From positions 1 through 32,000 of the forward strand of contig NC_005070.1 of assembly GCF_000195975.1 (NCBI RefSeq): DNA of 32,000 nucleotides. Reading direction: 5' to 3'. The notes below the pieces were generated by a model. The model did no database searches and was not told the origin of the DNA. It was given only the letters and a program-made list of their open reading frames with translations. The translations under genes and the position numbers were made by a program. Position 1 is the first letter of the stretch. Every line of letters begins with the position of its first letter. Positions 19,070-26,534 of this stretch are shown here, in pieces. This DNA is from Parasynechococcus marenigrum WH 8102. Its GTDB lineage: Bacteria; Cyanobacteriota; Cyanobacteriia; PCC-6307; Cyanobiaceae.

Positions 19070-20318
19070 ATTTGATCTGTTGGTGGTCGGCGGCGGCGCT
19101 GCCGGTTTCATGGCGGCGATTACAGCCGCTGAAGCGGGTCTGCAGCGCGTGCTGGTGCTGGAAGCCACGGCCGAGCCACTGACGAAGGTTCGATTGAGCG
19201 GTGGTGGTCGCTGCAATGTGACCCACGCCTGTTGGGATCCTGGCGAGCTGGTGGGCCACTACCCCCGTGGTCAGCGCCCTCTGCGGGGGCCGTTCAGTCG
19301 CTTTGCCAGTGGTGATTCCGTTGCGTGGTTTTCAGACCGTGGCTTGGATCTGGTGGAGGAAGACGATGGCCGGATGTTTCCTCAGGCCAATCGCTCCTCC
19401 GCGGTGGTGGATTGCCTCAGGACAGCTGCGCGAAGGTCTGGAGTACAGCTGATCACCGGTGCTCCTGTTCAGTCTGTTGCTCGTGATCTGAGCGGTGGAT
19501 TTGTTGCCTCCTGCCGCGGTGGTGGAAGGTTTCATGCCCGCCGTCTGCTGCTGGCTACAGGAGGCCACCCCAGCGGACGACGGTTGGCGGCGCAGCTGGG
19601 CCATCGGTTGATTGCCCCCGTGCCTTCGTTGTTTTCACTGACGTTGGATGCCTCCCAGTTGCAGGGTTGCGCCGGTGTTGCTGTTGATGATGTGCTCCTC
19701 ACGCTTGAGGTGGGTGGGGAGCGATTCCGGCAGATCGGTCGGGTTCTGATCACGCATTGGGGCTTGAGTGGTCCGGCCACGTTGCGGCTTACGGCATTTG
19801 CGGCACGGACCCTTCAGGCATCGCGTTATCGAGCGACGTTGAACGTGAGCTGGTGCAGTGGTTCGTCCCACGCGAATCTGCTGGAGGCGTTGCAAGAGCA
19901 GCGAACCCAGGCTGCTCGCCGCACGCTGGCTGCTTCACGACCACTCGCTGATCATCTGCCTCGACGGTTGTGGTTGTCGATGTTGCATGGGGTTGGCGCT
20001 GCTCCTGATCAGCGTTGGGCGGACTGTCCAGCGAGGGTGGAACAGGGATTGCTCGATCAGCTGAAGTTCTGTCGGTATCCCGTGAAGGGTCGCGGTCCGT
20101 TCGGGGAAGAATTCGTGACTGCTGGAGGTGTCGATTTGGGTGAGATCAATCTGGCCACGATGGAGAGCCGATGTTGTCCTGGCCTGCATCTGGCAGGTGA
20201 GCTGATGGATGTGGATGGTGTGACGGGCGGATTCAACTTCCAGCACTGTTGGACCAGTGGTTGGCTCGCTGGTCAGGCTGCGGCAAAGCAGGTCACTGGA
20301 TCTGATCGAACACCGTGA
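18996..20318 (+). CDS. HI0933/BaiN-family FAD-dependent flavoprotein
   Basis: Dinucleotide-binding motif FDLLVVGGGAAGFMAAITAAEAG, then LSGGGRCNVTH, and C-terminal GELMDVDGVTGGFNFQHCWTSG. The start is uncertain: GTG 18972, ATG 18996 and TTG 19041/19047 are all in frame, and all but the last two overlap msrB substantially. Confidence 0.8.
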   Translation: MTDLDRRVSATAITALLLSSDPLAEFDLLVVGGGAAGFMAAITAAEAGLQRVLVLEATAEPLTKVRLSGGGRCNVTHACWDPGELVGHYPRGQRPLRGPFSRFASGDSVAWFSDRGLDLVEEDDGRMFPQANRSSAVVDCLRTAARRSGVQLITGAPVQSVARDLSGGFVASCRGGGRFHARRLLLATGGHPSGRRLAAQLGHRLIAPVPSLFSLTLDASQLQGCAGVAVDDVLLTLEVGGERFRQIGRVLITHWGLSGPATLRLTAFAARTLQASRYRATLNVSWCSGSSHANLLEALQEQRTQAARRTLAASRPLADHLPRRLWLSMLHGVGAAPDQRWADCPARVEQGLLDQLKFCRYPVKGRGPFGEEFVTAGGVDLGEINLATMESRCCPGLHLAGELMDVDGVTGGFNFQHCWTSGWLAGQAAAKQVTGSDRTP

Positions 20319-21366
20319 ACATCGGCAGGTACATCGCCAACAGGATCGACCCGACAATGCCTCCCACCACAACGATCATCGCGGGCTCCAGCATTGAAGT
20401 GAGTGCCTTCACCATGGCGCCCACTTCGTCTTCGTAAAAATCAGCAACCTTGCTCAGCATTTTGTCCATTTCGCCGGTTTCTTCGCCGATGGCCAACATG
20501 TTGAGCGCCATATCGGGAAGAACCTTCTGACGAATCAAGGCTGTGCTGAGTAGCACACCCTCCTGAACCATTTCCCTTGACGCGAGGATCGCATCGGAAA
20601 TGATCGAGTTGCCAGCGGTTTGGCTGGAGATTTCCATCGACATCAGGATCGGGACACCGGCGCGGGTCAGTGAGCTGAAGATTCGACAGAACTGGGCTGT
20701 GGCGGTCATCAGAATCAGCTCGCCGAACAGCGGCAGCTTGAGGATCAACCGGTCGATGACCCGACGACCGTTGTGGGTGGCGTAGTAGCGAGCGAAGAGC
20801 CAGATCACGAGCAGCAGAACTCCAACGATGTAGAGAGCCATTGGTGATCTCAGCAGCTCACTCAGATCGACGAGTAATTGGGTGAAGGCTGGTAGTTCTG
20901 CTCCCAGATCTTCAAAGATTCCGGCGAAGGTAGGAATCAGGAAAATCGTCATTCCAAGAAACACCAGGATCGCGATCACTAGAACGGCGACGGGATAACC
21001 CAATGCCCCTTTGATCTGGTTCTGGAGCTTGGCGTTGTCTTCCAAAAGTTTGGCGAGACGTTTGAGGGCTTCATCCAAGACGCCACCGGCTTCGCCGGCT
21101 TCCACCATGGCGATGCTGAGTTCATCGAAGACCTTGGGCCATTGGCGGATTGCGTTGCCGAGGGCAATGCCCTTGTTTACATCCAGGCTCACTTTGGTCA
21201 GGGCCCGTTTGAACATCGGCAACTTCTGCTGGCTTGCCATCAGATCCAGGCTTCGCACAATTGGCACGCCTGCATCCACCAGAGCAGCGAGCTTGCTAGC
21301 GAACACGGCTTTTTCTTTCACTCCTGGAGCCTGTTCAAAAGCCTTGTTGAGATCGATCGAAAGCAA
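20293..21366 (-). CDS. pilC: type IV pilus assembly platform protein PilC (GspF family); longest intact ORF, lacking its conserved N-terminus
   Basis: 357-aa ORF from TTG 21366 with two GspF/T2SSF repeats (...FASKLAALVDAGVPIVRSLDLM..., ...FCRIFSSLTRAGVPILMSMEI...) and three TM segments. Homologous coding sequence continues upstream in the same frame; see the next feature. Confidence 0.85.
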   Translation of the reverse strand: MLSIDLNKAFEQAPGVKEKAVFASKLAALVDAGVPIVRSLDLMASQQKLPMFKRALTKVSLDVNKGIALGNAIRQWPKVFDELSIAMVEAGEAGGVLDEALKRLAKLLEDNAKLQNQIKGALGYPVAVLVIAILVFLGMTIFLIPTFAGIFEDLGAELPAFTQLLVDLSELLRSPMALYIVGVLLLVIWLFARYYATHNGRRVIDRLILKLPLFGELILMTATAQFCRIFSSLTRAGVPILMSMEISSQTAGNSIISDAILASREMVQEGVLLSTALIRQKVLPDMALNMLAIGEETGEMDKMLSKVADFYEDEVGAMVKALTSMLEPAMIVVVGGIVGSILLAMYLPMFTVFDQIQ

Positions 21367-21554
21367 GCCTTTTGCTTCAGCATTTCTGGCGTCTTCCGAT
21401 CCTTTCTTCCGATCCGACGTTGCAGCGCGAAGGTTCGTGGCCCGGATTCCCCGGCGTCTTAACTGTTTGCGAGCCTCTGCTAGGTCGTTGGCCTTGAGTG
21501 TTAGGTCCTTGGGTTGTCCAGTCGGGCCGGCATAGGTGGCAGGAACGACGGCAT
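21367..21554 (-). pseudogene. pilC: pilC 5' coding segment cut off from its ATG by a 1-nt frame disruption
   Basis: The pilC frame stays open from the pilT stop (21574) to 21366. It encodes ...ATYAGPTGQPKDLTLKANDLAEARKQLRRRGIRATNL..., a PilC-like N-terminal pattern, but it has no ATG, GTG or TTG. An ATG at 21554 (MPSF...) lies in a different frame and terminates after 17 codons. Confidence 0.55.
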
Positions 21555-21573
21555 CGTTCAGCTCAGTCCTGGA

Positions 21574-22527
21574 TCATTCATCTCTGATCAGGCGTTCCAG
21601 TTCGCCTGGTTTGCTGGCCTTGGCCATGGCTTCTCTGCGGCTCACGTCGCCACTGTTCACAAGGTCAGCCAGTGCTTTCTCAAGGGTTTGCATGCCTTGC
21701 TCGCCGCCCGTCTGAATCTGCGAATAAAGCTGGGCGGTTTTGCCTTCGCGGATGAGATTTGCAGTGGCAGAGGTGTTAATCAGGATCTCCTGCGCCATTA
21801 CCCGTCCGAATTGGCCGGGTTTGGGATCGTGCCGTTTGCAGAGGGTCTGAGAGAACACAGCCACCAGGCTTCCGGACAGCTGAACACGGATCTGAGTCTG
21901 CTGTTCTGGTGGAAACACATCGACCATCCGGTCAACGGTCTGTGCAGCGGAACTGGAGTGCATTGGCGAAGCTGCGGGTGTCTTCATTGAGCTGGCGCTG
22001 ATGCACCAGGCTTTTGTCACTTTGATAAACGAATTCAATCGGGTCCTCAATGGTGAGGATGTGCTCGCTGCGCGTGTGATTGATGTGGTCTAGTAGCGCT
22101 GCCAGTGTTGTGGTTTTGCCGGATCCTGTTGGACCTGTCACCAAAACCAGTCCGCGGGGGCGTTTGCTGGTCTCCAGCACGACGGGAGGCAGGTTGAGCA
22201 GCTCAACGCTGGGGATCTTGCTGCCGAGGGCTCGAAGGCAGGCGGTATAACTTCCCTCTGCCGGTAAACGTTGACCCGGAATCGCGCCACTCCCTTCAAG
22301 CCATAGGCGCAGTCCAGCTCCCAGGTCTGCTCCAAGGTCTTGCGCTGACTGTTGTTCAGCATCGAGAAGATCAGCTTGTTGCAGTCTTCTTCTGCCAGAG
22401 CCTCGTCACGCATCGGACGTAGTTCACCGCTGAAGCGGCCGTAAGGGGGTTGGCCAGTGGCGATGTGCAGATCGCTGCCGCCGCCCTCGACCAGTTGCTC
22501 CATCAGATCCTCAATCATCAGATCCAT
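21574..22527 (-). pseudogene. pilT: twitching-motility ATPase PilT, disrupted by a frameshift and an internal deletion
   Basis: Three overlapping ORF fragments (22527-22138, 22180-21932, 22050-21574) together spell PilT. The first is MDLMIEDLMEQLVEGGGSDLHI...RFRVNVYRQR. The second is (frame change) GSYTACLRALGSKIPSVELLNLPPVVLETSKRPRGLVLVTGPTGSGKTTTLAAL...SFANAL. The third is (frame change, about 40 residues missing) HSSSAAQTVDRMVDVFP...GMQTLEKALADLV.... Confidence 0.85.
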
Positions 22528-22537
22528 GTCGCCAGCC

Positions 22538-24409
22538 TCAGTTCCGTTGGGTTAAGCAATAAGGACACTCGAGCCAGGTCTCCTGGAGACCAGCTCCGCA
22601 GCCTTTACACGTCATTGTGCTCAGAGCTTTTGCTCTGCGCTCGGATTCCAGGCCCGAGTCGGTGAGGATCATGCGCCCAACTTCCTCGAGGGTTGTGTGA
22701 CCCTGTCGCACCAGATCCAGGCTGTAACCAAGGAGGGTCACCATGCCTGATTCAAGGGCGAGTTGACGGATGACATCGGTGGATGCGCCTGATGAGACCG
22801 CAGCGGCTAGGTCTTCATTCATGCGCAGCACTTCGTAAACCCCGACCCGTCCCTTGTAACCACTTCCTTTGCATTTTGGACATGGCGTGCCGGTGCCGTC
22901 ATGGTGATGAGCTTTAAAAAAAGTCATTGCGCTCTCAGCACCTGTCATCAGCCCGAATCGACCCAGTTCTCGCTCATCTGGTCGGTAGGCCTCGCGGCAG
23001 CTGGTGCAGACCCGACGCATCAGACGTTGGGACACGATGCCGATCAGGGCGGCGGAGACCATGAAGGGTTCCACTCCCATTTCATCCAGTCTGGCGATGG
23101 TGCTCGGTGCGTCATTGGCATGCAAGGTGCTCAGCACCAGATGTCCGGTGAGAGCAGCCTCGATTGCGGTTTTGGCTGTCTCCAGATCGCGGGTTTCTCC
23201 AACGAGTAAGACATCTGGGTCCTGGCGCATGAATGCCCTGAGAGCGGTGGCGAAGTCGAACCCCTTTTCGCGATTCACCTGGCACTGGGTGATGCCCGGC
23301 AGCGTGTATTCGATCGGATCCTCCACTGTGGAGATATTGATTCCGGGGTCGTTGCGTTCCGCCAGCAGCGAATATAGGGTGGTGGAATTACCTGATCCGG
23401 TGGGACCCGTGACCAGGATCATGCCGAAGGGTTTAGCCCCCAGATCCCGCACCAGTTCGAGAGTGATGGGATTGGAGATCAACTTGTCCAGGCCCAGTTG
23501 CGTGGCGCTGCTGTCCAGCAAACGCAGACATATCTTTTCGCCGAAACGGCTAGGCAGGGTGTTCACCCTGAAATCCACGACCCGCTCCCGATAGCGGCGG
23601 CGAATCCTCCCGTCCTGAGCCTGGCGCCGCTCTGCGATGTCCAAGTCGGCCAGGATTTTGAAGCGGGAGGTCACCGCTGGGATCAGCCGGCCGGGGAGCG
23701 GCTCCACGTACTGCTGGAGCACGCCGTCCTGTCGATAACGCAGCCGGAGACCCTTTTGCTGCGGTTCAACGTGGATGTCAGAGGCCCCCACAGACATGGC
23801 CTGCAGCAGGATTCGATCCACCAGTGCCACCACCGGTGACGCTTCGGCGTACTGAAGGCTCGATTCCAGGTCAATTCCATCTGCAGCTAGGGCTGCGTCC
23901 TCGTCGTCCGCGGCCTCCAGCACGCCCTCGGCACTGAACCCTTCGAGGAAGGACGAGGCGTCTTCCTCAACGCTGCCCTGGTTGTCTGAGTTGCTTTCGT
24001 TTTTCTGATCGGTTGTTGCAGCTGGGGTTTCAGGAGGAGCTTGATCAGCTGCTGACGGTGTTGGTTGTTCGGATGACTCTGTCGTTAGAGCATCGATCAG
24101 ATCCTCATGAAGCGTTGGATGTAGACGGATGGTTCGTTCGTTCTGCGGCAGTTGATCGATCAGGGCCTGCCATTCCGCTTCGCCCCATTGGCTGGGGATG
24201 GCGATGTCCAGTTGGTGCTCATTAACTGTGATCGGCAGGGCCTGCAGGCTGCGCCAGTGGTCAGGGCTGATGTCGTGAAGGGCATGGAGCAGCGGCAGGG
24301 ATCGCTGTAACTGTTCGGGGTCGGGTACCGGCTGTTTAAGCAACAGCTCGAGCTCCAGACGTTTCTGGGCGGCGCTACGGGCGGCAGGAACAGACTGGGT
24401 AAGCGTCAT
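22538..24409 (-). CDS. pilB: type IV pilus assembly ATPase PilB (GspE family) with an atypical Walker A (GSGNST)
   Basis: 623-aa uninterrupted ORF. It has a GspE N-domain, Walker B/Asp box QDPDVLLVGETRDLETA, His box TGHLVLSTLHAND, and the tetracysteine motif CTSC...CPKC. Walker A reads GPTGSGNSTT instead of the family GSGK(S/T)T. There is an extra C-terminal CxxC-x9-CxxC. Confidence 0.9.
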   Translation of the reverse strand: MTLTQSVPAARSAAQKRLELELLLKQPVPDPEQLQRSLPLLHALHDISPDHWRSLQALPITVNEHQLDIAIPSQWGEAEWQALIDQLPQNERTIRLHPTLHEDLIDALTTESSEQPTPSAADQAPPETPAATTDQKNESNSDNQGSVEEDASSFLEGFSAEGVLEAADDEDAALAADGIDLESSLQYAEASPVVALVDRILLQAMSVGASDIHVEPQQKGLRLRYRQDGVLQQYVEPLPGRLIPAVTSRFKILADLDIAERRQAQDGRIRRRYRERVVDFRVNTLPSRFGEKICLRLLDSSATQLGLDKLISNPITLELVRDLGAKPFGMILVTGPTGSGNSTTLYSLLAERNDPGINISTVEDPIEYTLPGITQCQVNREKGFDFATALRAFMRQDPDVLLVGETRDLETAKTAIEAALTGHLVLSTLHANDAPSTIARLDEMGVEPFMVSAALIGIVSQRLMRRVCTSCREAYRPDERELGRFGLMTGAESAMTFFKAHHHDGTGTPCPKCKGSGYKGRVGVYEVLRMNEDLAAAVSSGASTDVIRQLALESGMVTLLGYSLDLVRQGHTTLEEVGRMILTDSGLESERRAKALSTMTCKGCGAGLQETWLECPYCLTQRN

Positions 24410-24508
24410 CGGCGGGTCATCGTCTGATCGAGGTGCGGGCTTCCGCAGCTTGTGTGAGGTGAGCGTCGCCCTTCAACATGTCTAAGCAGCAATTCCCAAG
24501 CGGTCAGC

Positions 24509-25165
24509 ATGAGCGGCGAGGCTTCCACCCCAGCGCAGGATCCGAGCGTTGAGCCGTTGGATGCGGCACCCGTTGCAGCGGAACCCGAGGTCATGTCCAC
24601 GGAAACACCAGCTGAGGGTTCCTTGACCGACCCGGCCGAACGTCTGCAGCAGCTTGAACATGAATTGCAGACCCTGAAGCAGGAGCACGAGACGCTGCAG
24701 AGCCAGTACATGCGCATCGCAGCGGATTTCGACAACTTCCGCAAGCGACAGAGCAGGGATCAGGAGGACATCCGTCAGCAGCTGGTTTGCTCCACCCTCA
24801 GCGAGATCCTGCCGGTGGTGGACAACTTCGAGCGGGCGCGGCAGCAGCTGAATCCTGAGAGTGAAGAGGCACAGGCGCTGCACCGCAGTTATCAGGGTCT
24901 CTACAAGCAATTGGTTGATGTGCTGAAGCAGCAGGGCGTTGCTCGCATGGAGGTGGTTGGCCAGTTGTTCGATCCAACCCTTCACGAAGCAGTGCTTCGT
25001 GAAGAGAGCACCGAACAGCCGGAAGATGTGGTGATCGAAGAGCTCCAGCGGGGTTATCACCTCAACGGCAAGGTCCTTCGTCATGCACTGGTGAAAGTGT
25101 CGATGGGTCCTGGTCCATCGGCGGATGCTGAGGGTGCTGCTTCGGCTGAGGCGGAGGACTCCTGA
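24509..25165 (+). CDS. grpE: nucleotide exchange factor GrpE
   Basis: 218-aa ORF. An acidic N-terminus is followed by a coiled coil ([35 protein letters not shown]) and the C-terminal beta domain ...FDPTLHEAV....[15 protein letters not shown]. Confidence 0.93.
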   Translation: MSGEASTPAQDPSVEPLDAAPVAAEPEVMSTETPAEGSLTDPAERLQQLEHELQTLKQEHETLQSQYMRIAADFDNFRKRQSRDQEDIRQQLVCSTLSEILPVVDNFERARQQLNPESEEAQALHRSYQGLYKQLVDVLKQQGVARMEVVGQLFDPTLHEAVLREESTEQPEDVVIEELQRGYHLNGKVLRHALVKVSMGPGPSADAEGAASAEAEDS

Positions 25166-26298
25166 TGGCGGACTACTACGACCTGCTGGGGGTCGGACGT
25201 GATGCTGATGCCGATACGTTGAAGCGTGCCTATCGCAGCAAGGCACGCAAATACCACCCGGACATCAATAAGGAGCCTGGGGCGGAAGACCGCTTCAAGG
25301 AGATCGGTCGTGCCTACGAGGTGCTGAGCGACCCTCAGACCCGTGCCCGTTACGACCAATTCGGTGAAGCTGGTCTCGGGGGTGCGGCCGGTGCTTCGGA
25401 TATGGGGGACATGGGCGGCTTCGCCGACCTGTTCGAAACCTTCTTCCAGGGCTTCGGAGGTCCCGGAGGGGCCGCCGCCGGTCGCTCCGGACGTCGCGGT
25501 CCCCAGCAGGGCGATGACCTTCGCTACGACCTCACGATTGATTTTGAGCAGGCGGTCTTCGGTCAGGAACAGGAGATCAAGATCCCCCACCTCGAAACCT
25601 GTGATACCTGCGGTGGCAGCGGAGCCAAGGCGGGCAGCGGTCCCACCACTTGCGGCACCTGCGGAGGAGCCGGTCAGGTGCGGCGGGCGACCCGGACTCC
25701 CTTCGGAAGCTTCACGCAGGTGGCGGAATGCCCCAATTGCGGCGGAACCGGGCAGGTGATCGCTGATCCCTGCAACGCCTGCGGTGGACAGGGCGTGCGT
25801 CAGGTGCGCAAGAAACTGCGCATCAACATTCCCGCCGGAGTGGACACCGGAACCCGGCTTCGGGTTTCCGGAGAAGGCAATGCTGGTCAGCGTGGGGGGC
25901 CGTCCGGCGATCTTTACGTCTTCCTCACGGTCAAGTCTCATCCACGGCTGCGCAGAGACGGTCTCAACATCCTGTCGACCGTGAACGTCAGTTATCTGCA
26001 GGCGATCCTGGGGGACACGATTGAAGTGGAAACCGTTGATGGCGACACAGTTCTGGAGATTCCCCCGGGCACTCAACCCGGTACCGTTCTGACCCTGGCC
26101 AACAAGGGCATACCCAAGTTGGGGAACCCGGTGGCCCGTGGGGATCAAAGGGTGCAAGTGATGGTGCAGCTTCCCACGCGTCTGTCGGATCCCGAACGAA
26201 CGCTGCTGGAGGAGTTGGCGGGGCATCATTCGGCCCGAGGCAAGCAGCATCACCACCACAACAGTGGGTTGTTTGCCCGACTGTTCGGGCAGAAGTGA
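25165..26298 (+). CDS. dnaJ: molecular chaperone DnaJ
   Basis: The ATG overlaps the grpE stop. There is a J domain with HPD ([25 protein letters not shown]), a G/F region, and four CxxCxGxG zinc-finger repeats. Confidence 0.95.
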   Translation: MADYYDLLGVGRDADADTLKRAYRSKARKYHPDINKEPGAEDRFKEIGRAYEVLSDPQTRARYDQFGEAGLGGAAGASDMGDMGGFADLFETFFQGFGGPGGAAAGRSGRRGPQQGDDLRYDLTIDFEQAVFGQEQEIKIPHLETCDTCGGSGAKAGSGPTTCGTCGGAGQVRRATRTPFGSFTQVAECPNCGGTGQVIADPCNACGGQGVRQVRKKLRINIPAGVDTGTRLRVSGEGNAGQRGGPSGDLYVFLTVKSHPRLRRDGLNILSTVNVSYLQAILGDTIEVETVDGDTVLEIPPGTQPGTVLTLANKGIPKLGNPVARGDQRVQVMVQLPTRLSDPERTLLEELAGHHSARGKQHHHHNSGLFARLFGQK

Positions 26299-26528
26299 TG
26301 GGGGCAACCCGCTCACTGGATCTGCGCGGTACCCCTTGCCCAGTGAATTTCATCCGTTGCAAATTGGCGCTTGAGTCACTCCAGGCTGGGGATCAGCTTC
26401 AGGTGCAACTGGATCGGGGGGAACCGGAAGCAATGGTGATTCCCGGGCTCAAGGACGCCGGTCACCGGGTGGAGGTCACCGCCGAGGATGTGGCCTGGGT
26501 GGGCCTGGAGATCACCTGTGCTGGTTGA
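26298..26528 (+). CDS. TusA/SirA-family sulfurtransferase-like small protein (CPxP motif)
   Basis: 76-aa ORF whose ATG overlaps the dnaJ stop (TGATG). LDLRGTPCPVNFIRCKLALESL contains the conserved Cys-Pro-x-Pro motif of the TusA fold. Confidence 0.75.
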   Translation: MGATRSLDLRGTPCPVNFIRCKLALESLQAGDQLQVQLDRGEPEAMVIPGLKDAGHRVEVTAEDVAWVGLEITCAG

Positions 26529-26534
26529 GCTGTC

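Noticed and set aside
21574-22527. Interpreting the three pilT fragments as separate small genes or as programmed frameshifting
   Set aside because: The fragments overlap each other and are collinear pieces of one PilT. The Walker B/His-box segment is physically absent, so no recoding event could restore a functional product.
20293-24409. Lower GC of pilC (about 52% in sampled lines versus about 60-68% in purL lines) as evidence of horizontal transfer
   Set aside because: I sampled only a few 60-nt lines by hand. Membrane proteins rich in Ile/Phe/Leu/Lys are intrinsically lower in GC, and the TPR gene shows a similar dip. This is not sufficient evidence without a proper windowed GC and codon-usage calculation.
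25081-26316. 411-aa ORF antisense to dnaJ
   Set aside because: It mirrors the whole dnaJ gene. Its composition is Gly/Ser/Ala/Pro/Arg-rich, with no domain signature. It is a GC-driven artefact.
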